This document shows, one piece after another, positions 39,001 through 47,701 of a stretch of 64,000 nucleotides of DNA. Positions within the stretch are counted from its first letter, which is position 1, and each line of letters begins with the position of its first letter. The notes under the pieces are model-generated. The model was not told where the DNA came from. It ran no database searches and saw only the letters and a list, made by a program, of their open reading frames with translations. A program made the translations under genes and the position numbers. Origin of the DNA: Nitrospinaceae bacterium (GTDB lineage Bacteria; Nitrospinota; Nitrospinia; Nitrospinales; Nitrospinaceae). The stretch covers positions 2,720,001 through 2,784,000 of the forward strand of contig OZ245011.1 in the NCBI GenBank assembly GCA_965223665.1, given 5' to 3'.

Positions 39001-41996
39001 TCCCCAACTATGGTTTTTATATCCAATCCTCAGGTAGTAATAACGGAATGGGTGTGCATTCCAGTGAGGCAACCACTGCAACTACCAGGCCTAAAATTAC
39101 AATTTCATATGTAATCCCAAATGGTGCAGATGTAATACCTCCAGTAGTAACAGCGCCACCTGATATTACAACTACAGATACCACACCTGATATAGGAACT
39201 GGAACCGCAATTGATAATGTAGATGGACCGTTGACCCCCACGAATGATTCCCCTGGGACGTTTCCGCTGGGAACCACGATAGTGACCTGGAGCGCTACGG
39301 ACGCAGCAGGGAATACTGGAACGGACACCCAATCGGTCACAGTTCAGGAAGCCCCTGGTGGTCCGGTAACGGTGAGTTTTCAGGAAGGAGTGTTACCGGA
39401 TGCGGGCTATGCAGGAACACAGGATAGTTTGTTAAGACAAACGTCTCCGGATCAAAATTTCGGAACCGATGTGCAACTGTTGTCTGATGCGGTTGCTCCG
39501 GATCCGAGTAACGGTTTATTTGGGGAAGTGATGTCGGTGGTGTCCTGGGATTTAACCTCAGTTCCTAATACGGCTGTGGTGTCCTCCGCCAGCATAACGA
39601 TGGATTTCTTTGATGCGAGTTCAGGTCCGTATAATTTCCTGCAGGCGTTGACCCCGTGGAATGAGGGAACCGTAACGTGGAACAGTTTTGGGGGTGGGTC
39701 TGCGAATGTGGGCACCGATATTATAGCCACGATTCCTGGATTTTCCTTCAATGAAACCGAGGTGAATTTAACGGCCGAGGGTCTGAGTTTAGTTCAGGGT
39801 TGGATTGATGGAAGTATTGCCAATAATGGATTGGTTCTGAAAACCGGTGGAAGCAATAATGGAGTTGGAGCGAATTCGAGTGAAGCGACCACGAATCGAC
39901 CTAAGATCACGATCACTTATTCGATACCTACCGGTGGTGATACGGAACCCCCTGTGGTGACAGCCCCGGCAGATATTGTGACGGTGTCTACAGGAGATCT
40001 GACTCCGGTGAGTTTAGGTACCGGTACCGCGAACGATAATGTGGATGGTCCATTAGTGCCGACCAATGATGCCCCGGCAGGCGGATTCCCGGTGGGTACA
40101 ACGGTTGTGACCTGGTCAGCTACAGACTCTTCAGGGAATACGGGTACAGATACGCAAAATGTAACGGTACAAATACCGGTATCTGGAGGAGTGGAAGCGG
40201 TGAGTTTCCAGGAGGGAGTGGAACCGAACCCGGCTTATGTGGGAGTGCAGGACAGTTATTTAAGACAGACCTCTCCGGATCAAAATGTGGGAACGGATGT
40301 GCAACTGTTGTCTGATGCAGTTGCTCCAGATCCGAGTAACGGTTTGTTTGGAGAAGTGATGACTGTAGTGAATTGGGATGTGTCGGGAATCCCAACGAAT
40401 GCGACGGTACAATCGGTGAGCATAACGATGGATTTCTTTGATGCGAGTTCAGGTCCGTATAATTTCCTGCAGGCGTTGACCCCGTGGAATGAGGGAACGG
40501 TAACCTGGAACAGTTTTGGGGGTGGGTCTGCGAATGTGGGCACCGATATTATAGCCACGATTCCTGGATTTTCCTTCGATGAAACCGAGGTCAACTTAAC
40601 GGCGCAGGGAATCAGTCTGGTTCAGGGTTGGATTGATGGCAGTATTCCTAATAACGGATTGGTTCTTAAAACTTCAGGCACTAACAACGGCGTCGGGGCT
40701 AACTCCAGTGAGGCAACCACTAACAGACCTAAACTTAATATTACTTTCTCAACACCAAGTGGTGGAGGAGATACGATTCCTCCAGTAGTAACTGCACCGG
40801 CGGATATTACAACCACAGACACAACACCCAACCTGGGAACCGGAACGGCCGTTGATAATGTGGATGGGACTTTAGTTCCAACGAATAATGCGCCGGCAGT
40901 CTTTCCATTAGGGACAACGATTGTAACCTGGAGCGCTACCGACTCTTCTGGAAATACCGGAACTGATAATCAATCGGTCACCATTACAGATCCGACATCC
41001 ACGGATACCACACCTCCTGTAGTGACCGCTCCGGCCGATATCACAACAGAAGCCACCGGGCCGACCACCAGCGTTTCTTTAGGCACCGGCACTGCCAATG
41101 ATAATGTCGATGGGCCTATAACTCCGACTAATGATGCACCTTCCGGGGGATTCCCTGTGGGGACCACCATAGTCACCTGGAGTGCTACGGATACCGCTGG
41201 TAATACAGGAACGGATACCCAATCCGTCACTATTACAGATACCACTGCACCAACAGTAACTGCACCAGCGGATATTACCACTACAGACACAACACCCAAT
41301 CTGGGAGCCGGAACGGCCAGTGATTTAGTAGATGGATCGATCACGCCAACGAATAATGCTCCGGGAACATTTCCAATTGGAACGACGATTGTTACATGGA
41401 GCGCCACGGATACCGCCGGCAACACTGGTACAGACACACAAAGTGTTACGGTGCAGTCTGGAGGTTCTACCACAGTGAACTTAACAAGTTCTAATGATAC
41501 TTTTATCCGGGAATACCAACCTTTCGATGTTAATGGTTTGATGACAACTCTGGAAGTGGATGCAGATCAATTAAACCCGCCCTCTGGTTTCAATGATGAG
41601 ATCTTCGCAGTGCTTGCCTGGAATGTTTCATCGATCCCGAGCACAGCCAATGTGCAATCAGTGACGATAACTTTTAATGTGACTAATACCAGTTCAGGAA
41701 CCTATGAGCTATTCCAAACATTGACTGCCTGGTCAGAGACCACAGCTAATTGGTATACTTTTTTACCACTTTCCACCTCTCTGGGAAGCAGTGTTCTGGG
41801 AACCTTTAATCCTACAGCAGGATCCAATGTGATCACTCTCAATGCTTCCGGAATTAATTTAGTTCAAGGTTGGATCAATGGTTCAATAACTAATAATGGA
41901 ATTGCCGTTCGTAGTGGAGGCACAACTGATAATACAATTTTTAATTCAAAAGAAGCGGCTTCTAACAAACCTCAAATTTCCATTACCTATAACTAG
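36039..41996 (+). CDS. Giant secreted purple-acid-phosphatase-like metallophosphoesterase with Ig-like, five DNRLRE-like and six HYR-like domains
   Basis: Signal peptide; GDSG, GDNAY, GNHD, WHH and GHSH motifs; repeated FQxG...D(S/T)...RPK(I/L)xxTY modules and PPVVTAPxD...VTWSATDxxGNT repeats. Confidence 0.88.
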   Translation: MTFLKLTKNRHWTLIMSLCFLIFGKTASADLNDWGPFLQTLTPNSVIVKWRVPASEDFNNSIHFGTSPGSLTTIETDTTAVTKSCGYCPESWREYEVTLTSLTADTRYYYAVGTSTTPSTESKHNGTFLTPPNAGTAKPTRIWVVGDSGTGDTRALVVGERFKNYTKDRDPDIWLMLGDNAYDDGNDRNHHDGVFLMYPEFLRNVSVWPTFGNHDARSATSGNETGTYFDIWQLPRAAEAGGVASGTEAYYSFDYGNIHFIVLDSFGHPRVAPSSMITWLQSDLAANDKEWIIAYWHHPPYTRGSHNSNAEQILIEMRENIVPILESNGVDLVLSGHSHSYERSYFLNGHYGDQTTFNLGTHALDSGNGKSEPLHMSDGAYSKTLNPNGTKAGNDGAVYAVAGSSGKISGGLLNHPAMYLSLNKLGSMVLDVYENRLEAIFIDSLGKIEDQFTITHDLNTFPPELFSVYAPNPLTLEVQFSEPLEKVSAENAGNYVLDNGATITAAELLDDYRTVRLLTSELSNTTTYNLTVTNVQDHESNTAIPAPGSQFSFTPSFVDPPVYSAHFQDGTYPHSGYNGTRDTYIFEGAPDTNYGTKAELIAHGPFENTIEGDALVLVSWDLSSIPSNATIQSATVYFDLYNRSETSYHLHQILTTWTEIGATWNSLGGTTNVSGTIMGTITPQKFAMNTIPLNAAGISVVQGWVDGTITNNGLAVQNGGPGEHTKWWNAIRFFSRQTDTRPRLSVTYTLPTGADSIAPSIIAPPDVVVDSTGDQTSVTLGSAVAVDDNGSPTVTNDAPAGGFPLGMTIVTWTATDAAGNTGTDTQKVTVKVPESLLTHTISFQNGVEPSAFYFGTEDSSLRESSPHKNEGNDTELWGDGNAPDPETGQYGEVTFVTKWDVSAIPSDAVVTAVDVSYNVFNDSPVNHNIYAVEADWTEPEVTWEIISHSTTVGNTILGAIPPFTFNENIVTLNQAGIDLVQGWINGTIPNYGFYIQSSGSNNGMGVHSSEATTATTRPKITISYVIPNGADVIPPVVTAPPDITTTDTTPDIGTGTAIDNVDGPLTPTNDSPGTFPLGTTIVTWSATDAAGNTGTDTQSVTVQEAPGGPVTVSFQEGVLPDAGYAGTQDSLLRQTSPDQNFGTDVQLLSDAVAPDPSNGLFGEVMSVVSWDLTSVPNTAVVSSASITMDFFDASSGPYNFLQALTPWNEGTVTWNSFGGGSANVGTDIIATIPGFSFNETEVNLTAEGLSLVQGWIDGSIANNGLVLKTGGSNNGVGANSSEATTNRPKITITYSIPTGGDTEPPVVTAPADIVTVSTGDLTPVSLGTGTANDNVDGPLVPTNDAPAGGFPVGTTVVTWSATDSSGNTGTDTQNVTVQIPVSGGVEAVSFQEGVEPNPAYVGVQDSYLRQTSPDQNVGTDVQLLSDAVAPDPSNGLFGEVMTVVNWDVSGIPTNATVQSVSITMDFFDASSGPYNFLQALTPWNEGTVTWNSFGGGSANVGTDIIATIPGFSFDETEVNLTAQGISLVQGWIDGSIPNNGLVLKTSGTNNGVGANSSEATTNRPKLNITFSTPSGGGDTIPPVVTAPADITTTDTTPNLGTGTAVDNVDGTLVPTNNAPAVFPLGTTIVTWSATDSSGNTGTDNQSVTITDPTSTDTTPPVVTAPADITTEATGPTTSVSLGTGTANDNVDGPITPTNDAPSGGFPVGTTIVTWSATDTAGNTGTDTQSVTITDTTAPTVTAPADITTTDTTPNLGAGTASDLVDGSITPTNNAPGTFPIGTTIVTWSATDTAGNTGTDTQSVTVQSGGSTTVNLTSSNDTFIREYQPFDVNGLMTTLEVDADQLNPPSGFNDEIFAVLAWNVSSIPSTANVQSVTITFNVTNTSSGTYELFQTLTAWSETTANWYTFLPLSTSLGSSVLGTFNPTAGSNVITLNASGINLVQGWINGSITNNGIAVRSGGTTDNTIFNSKEAASNKPQISITYN
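39591..40591 (+). repeat. Near-identical intragenic direct repeat (39591-39763 vs 40419-40591; offset 828 nt)
   Basis: Manual alignment: 173 nt with 3 mismatches, including an 80-nt and a 72-nt identical run. Confidence 0.9.
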
Positions 41997-42067
41997 TCTT
42001 AAATATAAATAGGTAATCAAAAAATTTTGGTTTGTTAATTTTTTAAACTGTTTCGTAAAGGAATGGA

Positions 42068-42931
42068 GTGGCTTTAGTTAATATGAAACCGTCAAAATTG
42101 GGTTTGCTAATTAAAAAGCTTTGCATTATTCTTTTGTTTCCCTCATTGGTTTCGGCACATGGAGATTTACACCAACGCATCCAAATCTTAACTAATAAAA
42201 TAAAAATTGATAATAAAGATCCTGAGTTATTTTTAAAACGAGCTGAACTTTACCGGCAACATCAGGAATGGAATTCAGCAATTAGAGACTTTAAAAAGGT
42301 CCGTGAATTAAAACCCCAACACCCATTACTTTCTTATTTATTCGGAAAGTTATTAATTGAAGCAAATAAACCTCTTGAAGCTAAAAAAGAATTAGATCAA
42401 TTTATTAAACTTAATCCCAATCATGGACCCGCCTTTTTATATCGAGCACGAACCTGGGTTAAGTTGAAAAATAATAAAGAAGCTGAGAAAGATTATAATC
42501 AGGCCATTCAGTTTTTTACTCCTCCCGAACCCGATCTATATTTAGAGCGAGCCAATATTGTTTTCTCAATGGGAAAACCATTTAAAGAAAGAGCGGTACA
42601 GGGATTGGATGAAGGAATAAAAAACATAGGCCCCATTGTTACCTTAATTAATCAAGCCATCCAATTTGAAAGGGAAATCGGAAAATATAATCAGGCTATC
42701 CAACGAATCGAACTTTTGCCTGTAAAGTTAAAGTCCCATCCTTTTTGGCTGAACATCAAAGGTGATATATTAATTGAGGCGGGAAAAAACGAAGAAGCAA
42801 AACATACTTTTTCTTTAGCATTGGAAAAGATCAAAAATTTCTCTTCAAGGCGCAAACAAACCAAAGCAACCCAAAAACTTGAAGAAGAAATACAGCAAAA
42901 ATTAAAAAGCATAAACCCATCAAAAAAATAA
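42068..42931 (+). CDS. Exported tetratricopeptide-repeat protein
   Basis: Signal peptide ending LVSA, then HGDLH; TPR-like helices (LFLKRAELYRQHQEWNSAIRDF, AFLYRARTWVKLKNNKEAEKDY). Confidence 0.85.
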   Translation: MALVNMKPSKLGLLIKKLCIILLFPSLVSAHGDLHQRIQILTNKIKIDNKDPELFLKRAELYRQHQEWNSAIRDFKKVRELKPQHPLLSYLFGKLLIEANKPLEAKKELDQFIKLNPNHGPAFLYRARTWVKLKNNKEAEKDYNQAIQFFTPPEPDLYLERANIVFSMGKPFKERAVQGLDEGIKNIGPIVTLINQAIQFEREIGKYNQAIQRIELLPVKLKSHPFWLNIKGDILIEAGKNEEAKHTFSLALEKIKNFSSRRKQTKATQKLEEEIQQKLKSINPSKK

Positions 42932-42932
42932 A

Positions 42933-44390
42933 ATGTCCTTGGATAACCCATCCAGCCCGGTAGTGCATCCCTATGAATTGTTAGGTCACTCCTTAAAAAG
43001 CGAGTACGATTATTATCCAGAAGTCGAAGGATCCCTTCCCAAGGAAATTCAAGGTAACCTTTATAGAAACGGCCCAGGGTTATTTGATCGTGATGGATAC
43101 TTTAAGCAACATTTGCTGGATGGAGATGGAATGATTCAAAAGTTCCATTTCCACAATAATCAAGTTCATTATCAAAATCGATTTGTAAAAACAGAAAAGT
43201 TTCATAAAGAAAATACCAAAGAAAAATTCCTTTTCCCCACTTGGACAACCTTAGCACCCAATTGGTTTAATAACCTTCCTGGATTTCCATCAAAATCACA
43301 AGCAGGAGTGACCACATTAGTAAAAAACAAAAGGTTACTCGCCTTTGATGAAGTCAACCCTCCCTATGAACTAGATCTTAATTCTCTGGAAACACTTGAG
43401 GAGTTTTTCCCCGATGTTGGTGATGTAAATTATCGTTACTCATTAAAAGCACATACAAAAACTGATGGGATTACCGGTGATTGGATTTTAGTGGGAGTAG
43501 AACCAAAGTTTTTTCATATCTTGATTAATGATAAATATGGAAAACTAAAAACTCACAAAATCGTCAAAACTCCACGATTGACTTATTTGCATGATTTTTT
43601 TGCAACTCCCAATTACGTGATATTCCTTTTACATCCAATAAAAATTTCTTTATTTAATTTTTTTTCAATCCTTACCGGCTTTAAAAGCCTAACGGATGGC
43701 CTTGAGTGGAAACCCGAACTGGGAAACTTGATAATGGTAGTACCAAAGGATGGGAAAGATTCTTTGAAAACTTTTGAGGCCTCATCTTCCTTCATGTGGC
43801 ATAGTCTTAATGCTTTTGAAAGAGAAGAAGAAATTTTTGCAGATTTTGTTGGATATGATAACCCTGATCATTTTATTGGATTAAAACCTCAACTAAAATC
43901 CATTATGACAGGTGAAATAGGAACTGCAAATTACTCTGGAAATTTTCGACGCTATAGAATTAACGTTAATTCTAATACCCTTCATGAGGAAATATTGGAC
44001 TCGGAAAACTTCGAATTTCCTTCCATTAATCCAAGGCGATCCTGCTACCAACATCCTTTTGGATACTTCACAACATCAAAAGTTTCCACAATATTTCATA
44101 ATGGATTGGCAAAAATAGACCTTAACACAGGAAAAAAAGATACTTTTTATTTTGACAATAAAACTCATGTTGGAGAGCCTATTTTTGTCCCGAAATCTAT
44201 AAAAAAAATACAACGTGAAGAACAAAATGATACTGGATGGATTTTTACCCTTGCTTTAGACGGGTTGACTCAAAAAAGTTTTTTGGCAGTTTTTGATGGG
44301 GATAATTTATCATCCGGACCTATTGCAAAAATTTTATTAACCCATCATACTCCTTTAAGTTTCCATGGATGGTGGGAACCCACATTTTAA
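42933..44390 (+). CDS. Carotenoid oxygenase (RPE65/CCD) family dioxygenase
   Basis: LYRNGPG, HLLDGDGM, EFPSIN and EPIFVP; four candidate Fe-ligand His (KAH, YLHDF, MWHS, SFHG). Confidence 0.9.
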   Translation: MSLDNPSSPVVHPYELLGHSLKSEYDYYPEVEGSLPKEIQGNLYRNGPGLFDRDGYFKQHLLDGDGMIQKFHFHNNQVHYQNRFVKTEKFHKENTKEKFLFPTWTTLAPNWFNNLPGFPSKSQAGVTTLVKNKRLLAFDEVNPPYELDLNSLETLEEFFPDVGDVNYRYSLKAHTKTDGITGDWILVGVEPKFFHILINDKYGKLKTHKIVKTPRLTYLHDFFATPNYVIFLLHPIKISLFNFFSILTGFKSLTDGLEWKPELGNLIMVVPKDGKDSLKTFEASSSFMWHSLNAFEREEEIFADFVGYDNPDHFIGLKPQLKSIMTGEIGTANYSGNFRRYRINVNSNTLHEEILDSENFEFPSINPRRSCYQHPFGYFTTSKVSTIFHNGLAKIDLNTGKKDTFYFDNKTHVGEPIFVPKSIKKIQREEQNDTGWIFTLALDGLTQKSFLAVFDGDNLSSGPIAKILLTHHTPLSFHGWWEPTF

Positions 44391-44460
44391 CTTTAAAAAT
44401 TCGCTTATTAATTCAAAGACGTAAATTTTTTTTATAAACCCTTATTATTTTTTCTATGTT

Positions 44461-45567
44461 ATGACCAAACCATTAGTCACTGTTGATGCAAGGATGGTGG
44501 GAAATAAGACACATGGAATTTCTAAATTTGTTCAATACATCGCTCAAGGTTTAAGCCAACTAAACAGTATCAACCCTCTTAATTACCGATTACATTTTTT
44601 ATCGAATAAGAAAACTAACATTTCTGAGTTTTTTAATAATTTTGAATTTTCTTATATTGAAACTCCATTTCTAAATGTAAAAGAAATTTTTACCCTCCCA
44701 TCAGAAATAAAAAAATTGGGGACCCGACTATATCATTCTCCCAGCATTTCTAGCCTACTTTATAGTCCTTGTCCTTACATCCAAACCATTTATGATCTTA
44801 ATCATTTACATTTTGGAACTTTTACAAAAAAACTTTATTATCATACTTTATTAAAAAGATTTGCTAAAAATTCAAAAAAAATAATTACGGTTTCTGAAAC
44901 ATCAAGGACAGAAATTGAAGAATGGTTATGCATTCCTCCAGGTAAAATAAAAACTGTACCCTGCGCTTTAGAACAAAATTGGAAAAAATCCTCTCAAAAT
45001 GAAATTAACCATTACCTAAAATCGCTGGATCTTAAATTTGGTAAGTACTTTTTTTCCTTAGGAAATGAAAAAAACCATAAGAATTTTCCCTTTCTATTTA
45101 AATGCTTTGAAAACTTTTATAAGAAACACGAAAACCTGGAAATTTGGCCCCTTGTTACCAATTTAGAGACTCGCCTCGCCAAGGGAAAGAATATTATTTC
45201 TCTTACGGAATTGAGTGATTCTGAAGTACAGCTTTTAATGGCCGGAGCAGGTGCTTTTGTCGCTCCTTCTTTATATGAGGGATTCGGATTAACTCCCCTA
45301 GAAGCTGTACTTCAAGGAACTACCACAATTCTTTCCGATATTCCAAGTCATCGAGAAAGTTTACGTTCATTTGATGACCCGGGAATAATATTTTTAAATC
45401 CTAAAAATAATTTAGAGTGGGAAAAGACTTTTGAGAAAACTTTAATAGGAAAAATTCCCAAACCTCAACAAACAACTCTAGAAGGGATTCAGCAAAAATA
45501 TTCATTAAACAATTTTGCGAAATCTATAGATGGTATTTATCAGGAAGCATTATTTAATCTTGCTTAA
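44461..45567 (+). CDS. Glycosyltransferase family 4 (group 1)
   Basis: TIYDL, ITVSE, HKN, PSLYEGFGLTPLEA and SDIP. Confidence 0.9.
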   Translation: MTKPLVTVDARMVGNKTHGISKFVQYIAQGLSQLNSINPLNYRLHFLSNKKTNISEFFNNFEFSYIETPFLNVKEIFTLPSEIKKLGTRLYHSPSISSLLYSPCPYIQTIYDLNHLHFGTFTKKLYYHTLLKRFAKNSKKIITVSETSRTEIEEWLCIPPGKIKTVPCALEQNWKKSSQNEINHYLKSLDLKFGKYFFSLGNEKNHKNFPFLFKCFENFYKKHENLEIWPLVTNLETRLAKGKNIISLTELSDSEVQLLMAGAGAFVAPSLYEGFGLTPLEAVLQGTTTILSDIPSHRESLRSFDDPGIIFLNPKNNLEWEKTFEKTLIGKIPKPQQTTLEGIQQKYSLNNFAKSIDGIYQEALFNLA

Positions 45568-45755
45568 CTAAAATAAAACTTTAAGAGTTTTACAACCCAT
45601 AAAATTAAAAAAGCCCAAAATCCTGCCACCGCAATTTTAAAAAAAATGTTCTCCCAGTATTTACTCAATGGTGAGATTAATAAAGCTACCAAAAACAATA
45701 AAAGGAGAACACCTGTAATATAATAGTTGGGGACATCCCAGCCAAATTCGGGCAT
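45564..45755 (-). CDS. Small two-TM membrane protein, hypothetical
   Basis: 63 aa with two hydrophobic helices; fills an otherwise empty gap. Confidence 0.55.
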   Translation of the reverse strand: MPEFGWDVPNYYITGVLLLLFLVALLISPLSKYWENIFFKIAVAGFWAFLILWVVKLLKFYFS

Positions 45756-45870
45756 AACAAATCATTATTGAATTTATCATTCAAAATACGCTGGGTTCAA
45801 TTTTACAGAAAACTATTTAGCAAAGGTGGGAAAATTAATTTATTTCATAGAGATTTATTGATTTTTGAAA

Positions 45871-46725
45871 CTATACATCATAGAAGTTTTTTAGAGTAAT
45901 ATCCAATTGTGATCTTACAAAAGATTGAATGTTTTCCAAATGCTTCCGATTCATTCCAGCGATTTTAATAGCTTTTTTATCTAATTCTGGAACTCCGGAT
46001 TCACCTGCTGTTCCCAATTTCATTTCATAAACAATAATATCAGCTAAATGAACTACGGATGCATGGAGAGAATGATTTTCGGCTTCGGAGGGTTTGTGAT
46101 GATAAAGAACAGCCTCCACAAGAGTAGAGGGCAAACCCCATTCTTCAAATATTCGCGCGCCAATTTCATTATGAGTGAATCCTAATATTTCTTTTTCAAT
46201 AGTTGCAATAGGCTTTTTTGATTCCCGACAGATAGATAGGACTTCCATGGCTTCATCTGGTAATTCCTTATAAATTATCAGACTTCCCACATCGTGAAAC
46301 AACCCAGCAAGATAATAGGGTTCTAATTGCCCTTCTTCTCTGGTTTGAGCTAGTGTTCGTGCAGCCAACGCACAGGCCACACTGTGCATCCAAAATGTTT
46401 GCATGTCCACAAGATTTCTTGAAATTCCATGGAATTGCTTTACCATAGTGGTCGCAAGAACAAGTTCGGTGAGATTATCAACACCAATAACGTTTATAGC
46501 ATGCGTAATGCTTTCAACTTTTGATTCAAAACTAAAAAAAGCGCTGTTGGCAATTCTCAGCAAACGAGCAGCAAGATTTGGGTCGGCTAGAATAATATCC
46601 GCAAAATCCTGAAAGGAAACTTCAGGATCTTCCAAGGCTTTTTGAAGTTTATAAAAAACAAGCGGAGGAGACCCGGCCCACTCAGACACTAATTCATTTA
46701 ATTTTATATTTGATGATGTTGTCAT
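45871..46725 (-). CDS. HDOD domain protein
   Basis: DPNLAARLLRIANSAFF, FWMHSVACA, AGLFHDVG and WGLP...YHH. Confidence 0.93.
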   Translation of the reverse strand: MTTSSNIKLNELVSEWAGSPPLVFYKLQKALEDPEVSFQDFADIILADPNLAARLLRIANSAFFSFESKVESITHAINVIGVDNLTELVLATTMVKQFHGISRNLVDMQTFWMHSVACALAARTLAQTREEGQLEPYYLAGLFHDVGSLIIYKELPDEAMEVLSICRESKKPIATIEKEILGFTHNEIGARIFEEWGLPSTLVEAVLYHHKPSEAENHSLHASVVHLADIIVYEMKLGTAGESGVPELDKKAIKIAGMNRKHLENIQSFVRSQLDITLKNFYDV

Positions 46726-46828
46726 GATTTAATAAGTACTTTTAGGATAACAGAATTTTTTCCAATGAAAATACCCTAAATTATCTATTTTATTGATTTT
46801 AAAGCAGTTAATCTAGTCAAAGATATTT

Positions 46829-47701
46829 ATGTTTGTATTAAAAGACCTTAAAAAAGGCCCTTCTAAATGGGTTTATATTTGGATTTCCATTTTTTATTTT
46901 TCCTTAAGTGGGACCATTTTTGCAAAAACCATTGGAGAAATTTCCCCTACAAAGGAGATTCCAAAAATGTCAATTATTTCTGGTGGAAGTTACTCTGCAG
47001 GATTTAACCCCAAATTGGCTTATCAACTATGCCAAAAACAACATCCGAATAATTGCAAATTAAAATGGTTTAAAGACGAAAAGCCTATTCGAAAAATTTT
47101 TATCTCCTCATTCTATATAGACCAATTCGAAGTAACACAAAAAGAATATTCTAAAATAATGGGGAAAAACCCCTCTTCAGTCAAAGGAGACAATTTACCC
47201 GTTCACAATGTGACATGGCATGAATCAAAGAAATATTGCCAAAAAGTTAATAAGAGGTTGCCTACCGAAGCCGAATGGGAAAAAGCTGCCAAGGGCGGAA
47301 CTGATTCTATATTTCCCTGGGGAAATGAGATGATTTCCTATCGCGCAAACTTTTGTGACAAAACTTGTCTAAAAAGATGGAATGAAGATAATTTCAATGA
47401 TGGTTTTGCACATGTCGCTCCAGTTGGAACTTTCCCTTCAAATAACTTCAATCTTTACGATATGGTTGGCAACGTGTATGAATGGGTAGAAGATTGGTAT
47501 TCTGCAGACTCTTATAATACTCGCCCAACCAAAAATCCATTAGGCCCCAAAAAAGGTTCTTATAAAGTTATGAGAGGGGGTTCATGGATTAATTATTCTG
47601 TGGGCACTCGTCCTGCTGACCGAACCGACACTAAACCCAATGAACGTTTGGATTTTGTTGGCTTTCGCTGCGCCAAGTCAATTACACAAAAGGATCAGTG
47701 A
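46829..47701 (+). CDS. Formylglycine-generating enzyme (SUMF1/FGE-sulfatase domain) family protein, exported
   Basis: RLPTEAEWEKAAKGG, LYDMVGNVYEW, RGGSW and GFRCA. Confidence 0.9.
   Translation: MFVLKDLKKGPSKWVYIWISIFYFSLSGTIFAKTIGEISPTKEIPKMSIISGGSYSAGFNPKLAYQLCQKQHPNNCKLKWFKDEKPIRKIFISSFYIDQFEVTQKEYSKIMGKNPSSVKGDNLPVHNVTWHESKKYCQKVNKRLPTEAEWEKAAKGGTDSIFPWGNEMISYRANFCDKTCLKRWNEDNFNDGFAHVAPVGTFPSNNFNLYDMVGNVYEWVEDWYSADSYNTRPTKNPLGPKKGSYKVMRGGSWINYSVGTRPADRTDTKPNERLDFVGFRCAKSITQKDQ

Noticed and set aside
38280-41460. Periodic repeats as a CRISPR array or mobile element
   Set aside because: They are in-frame protein domain repeats with synonymous variation; there is no repeat-spacer pattern, cas gene or transposase.
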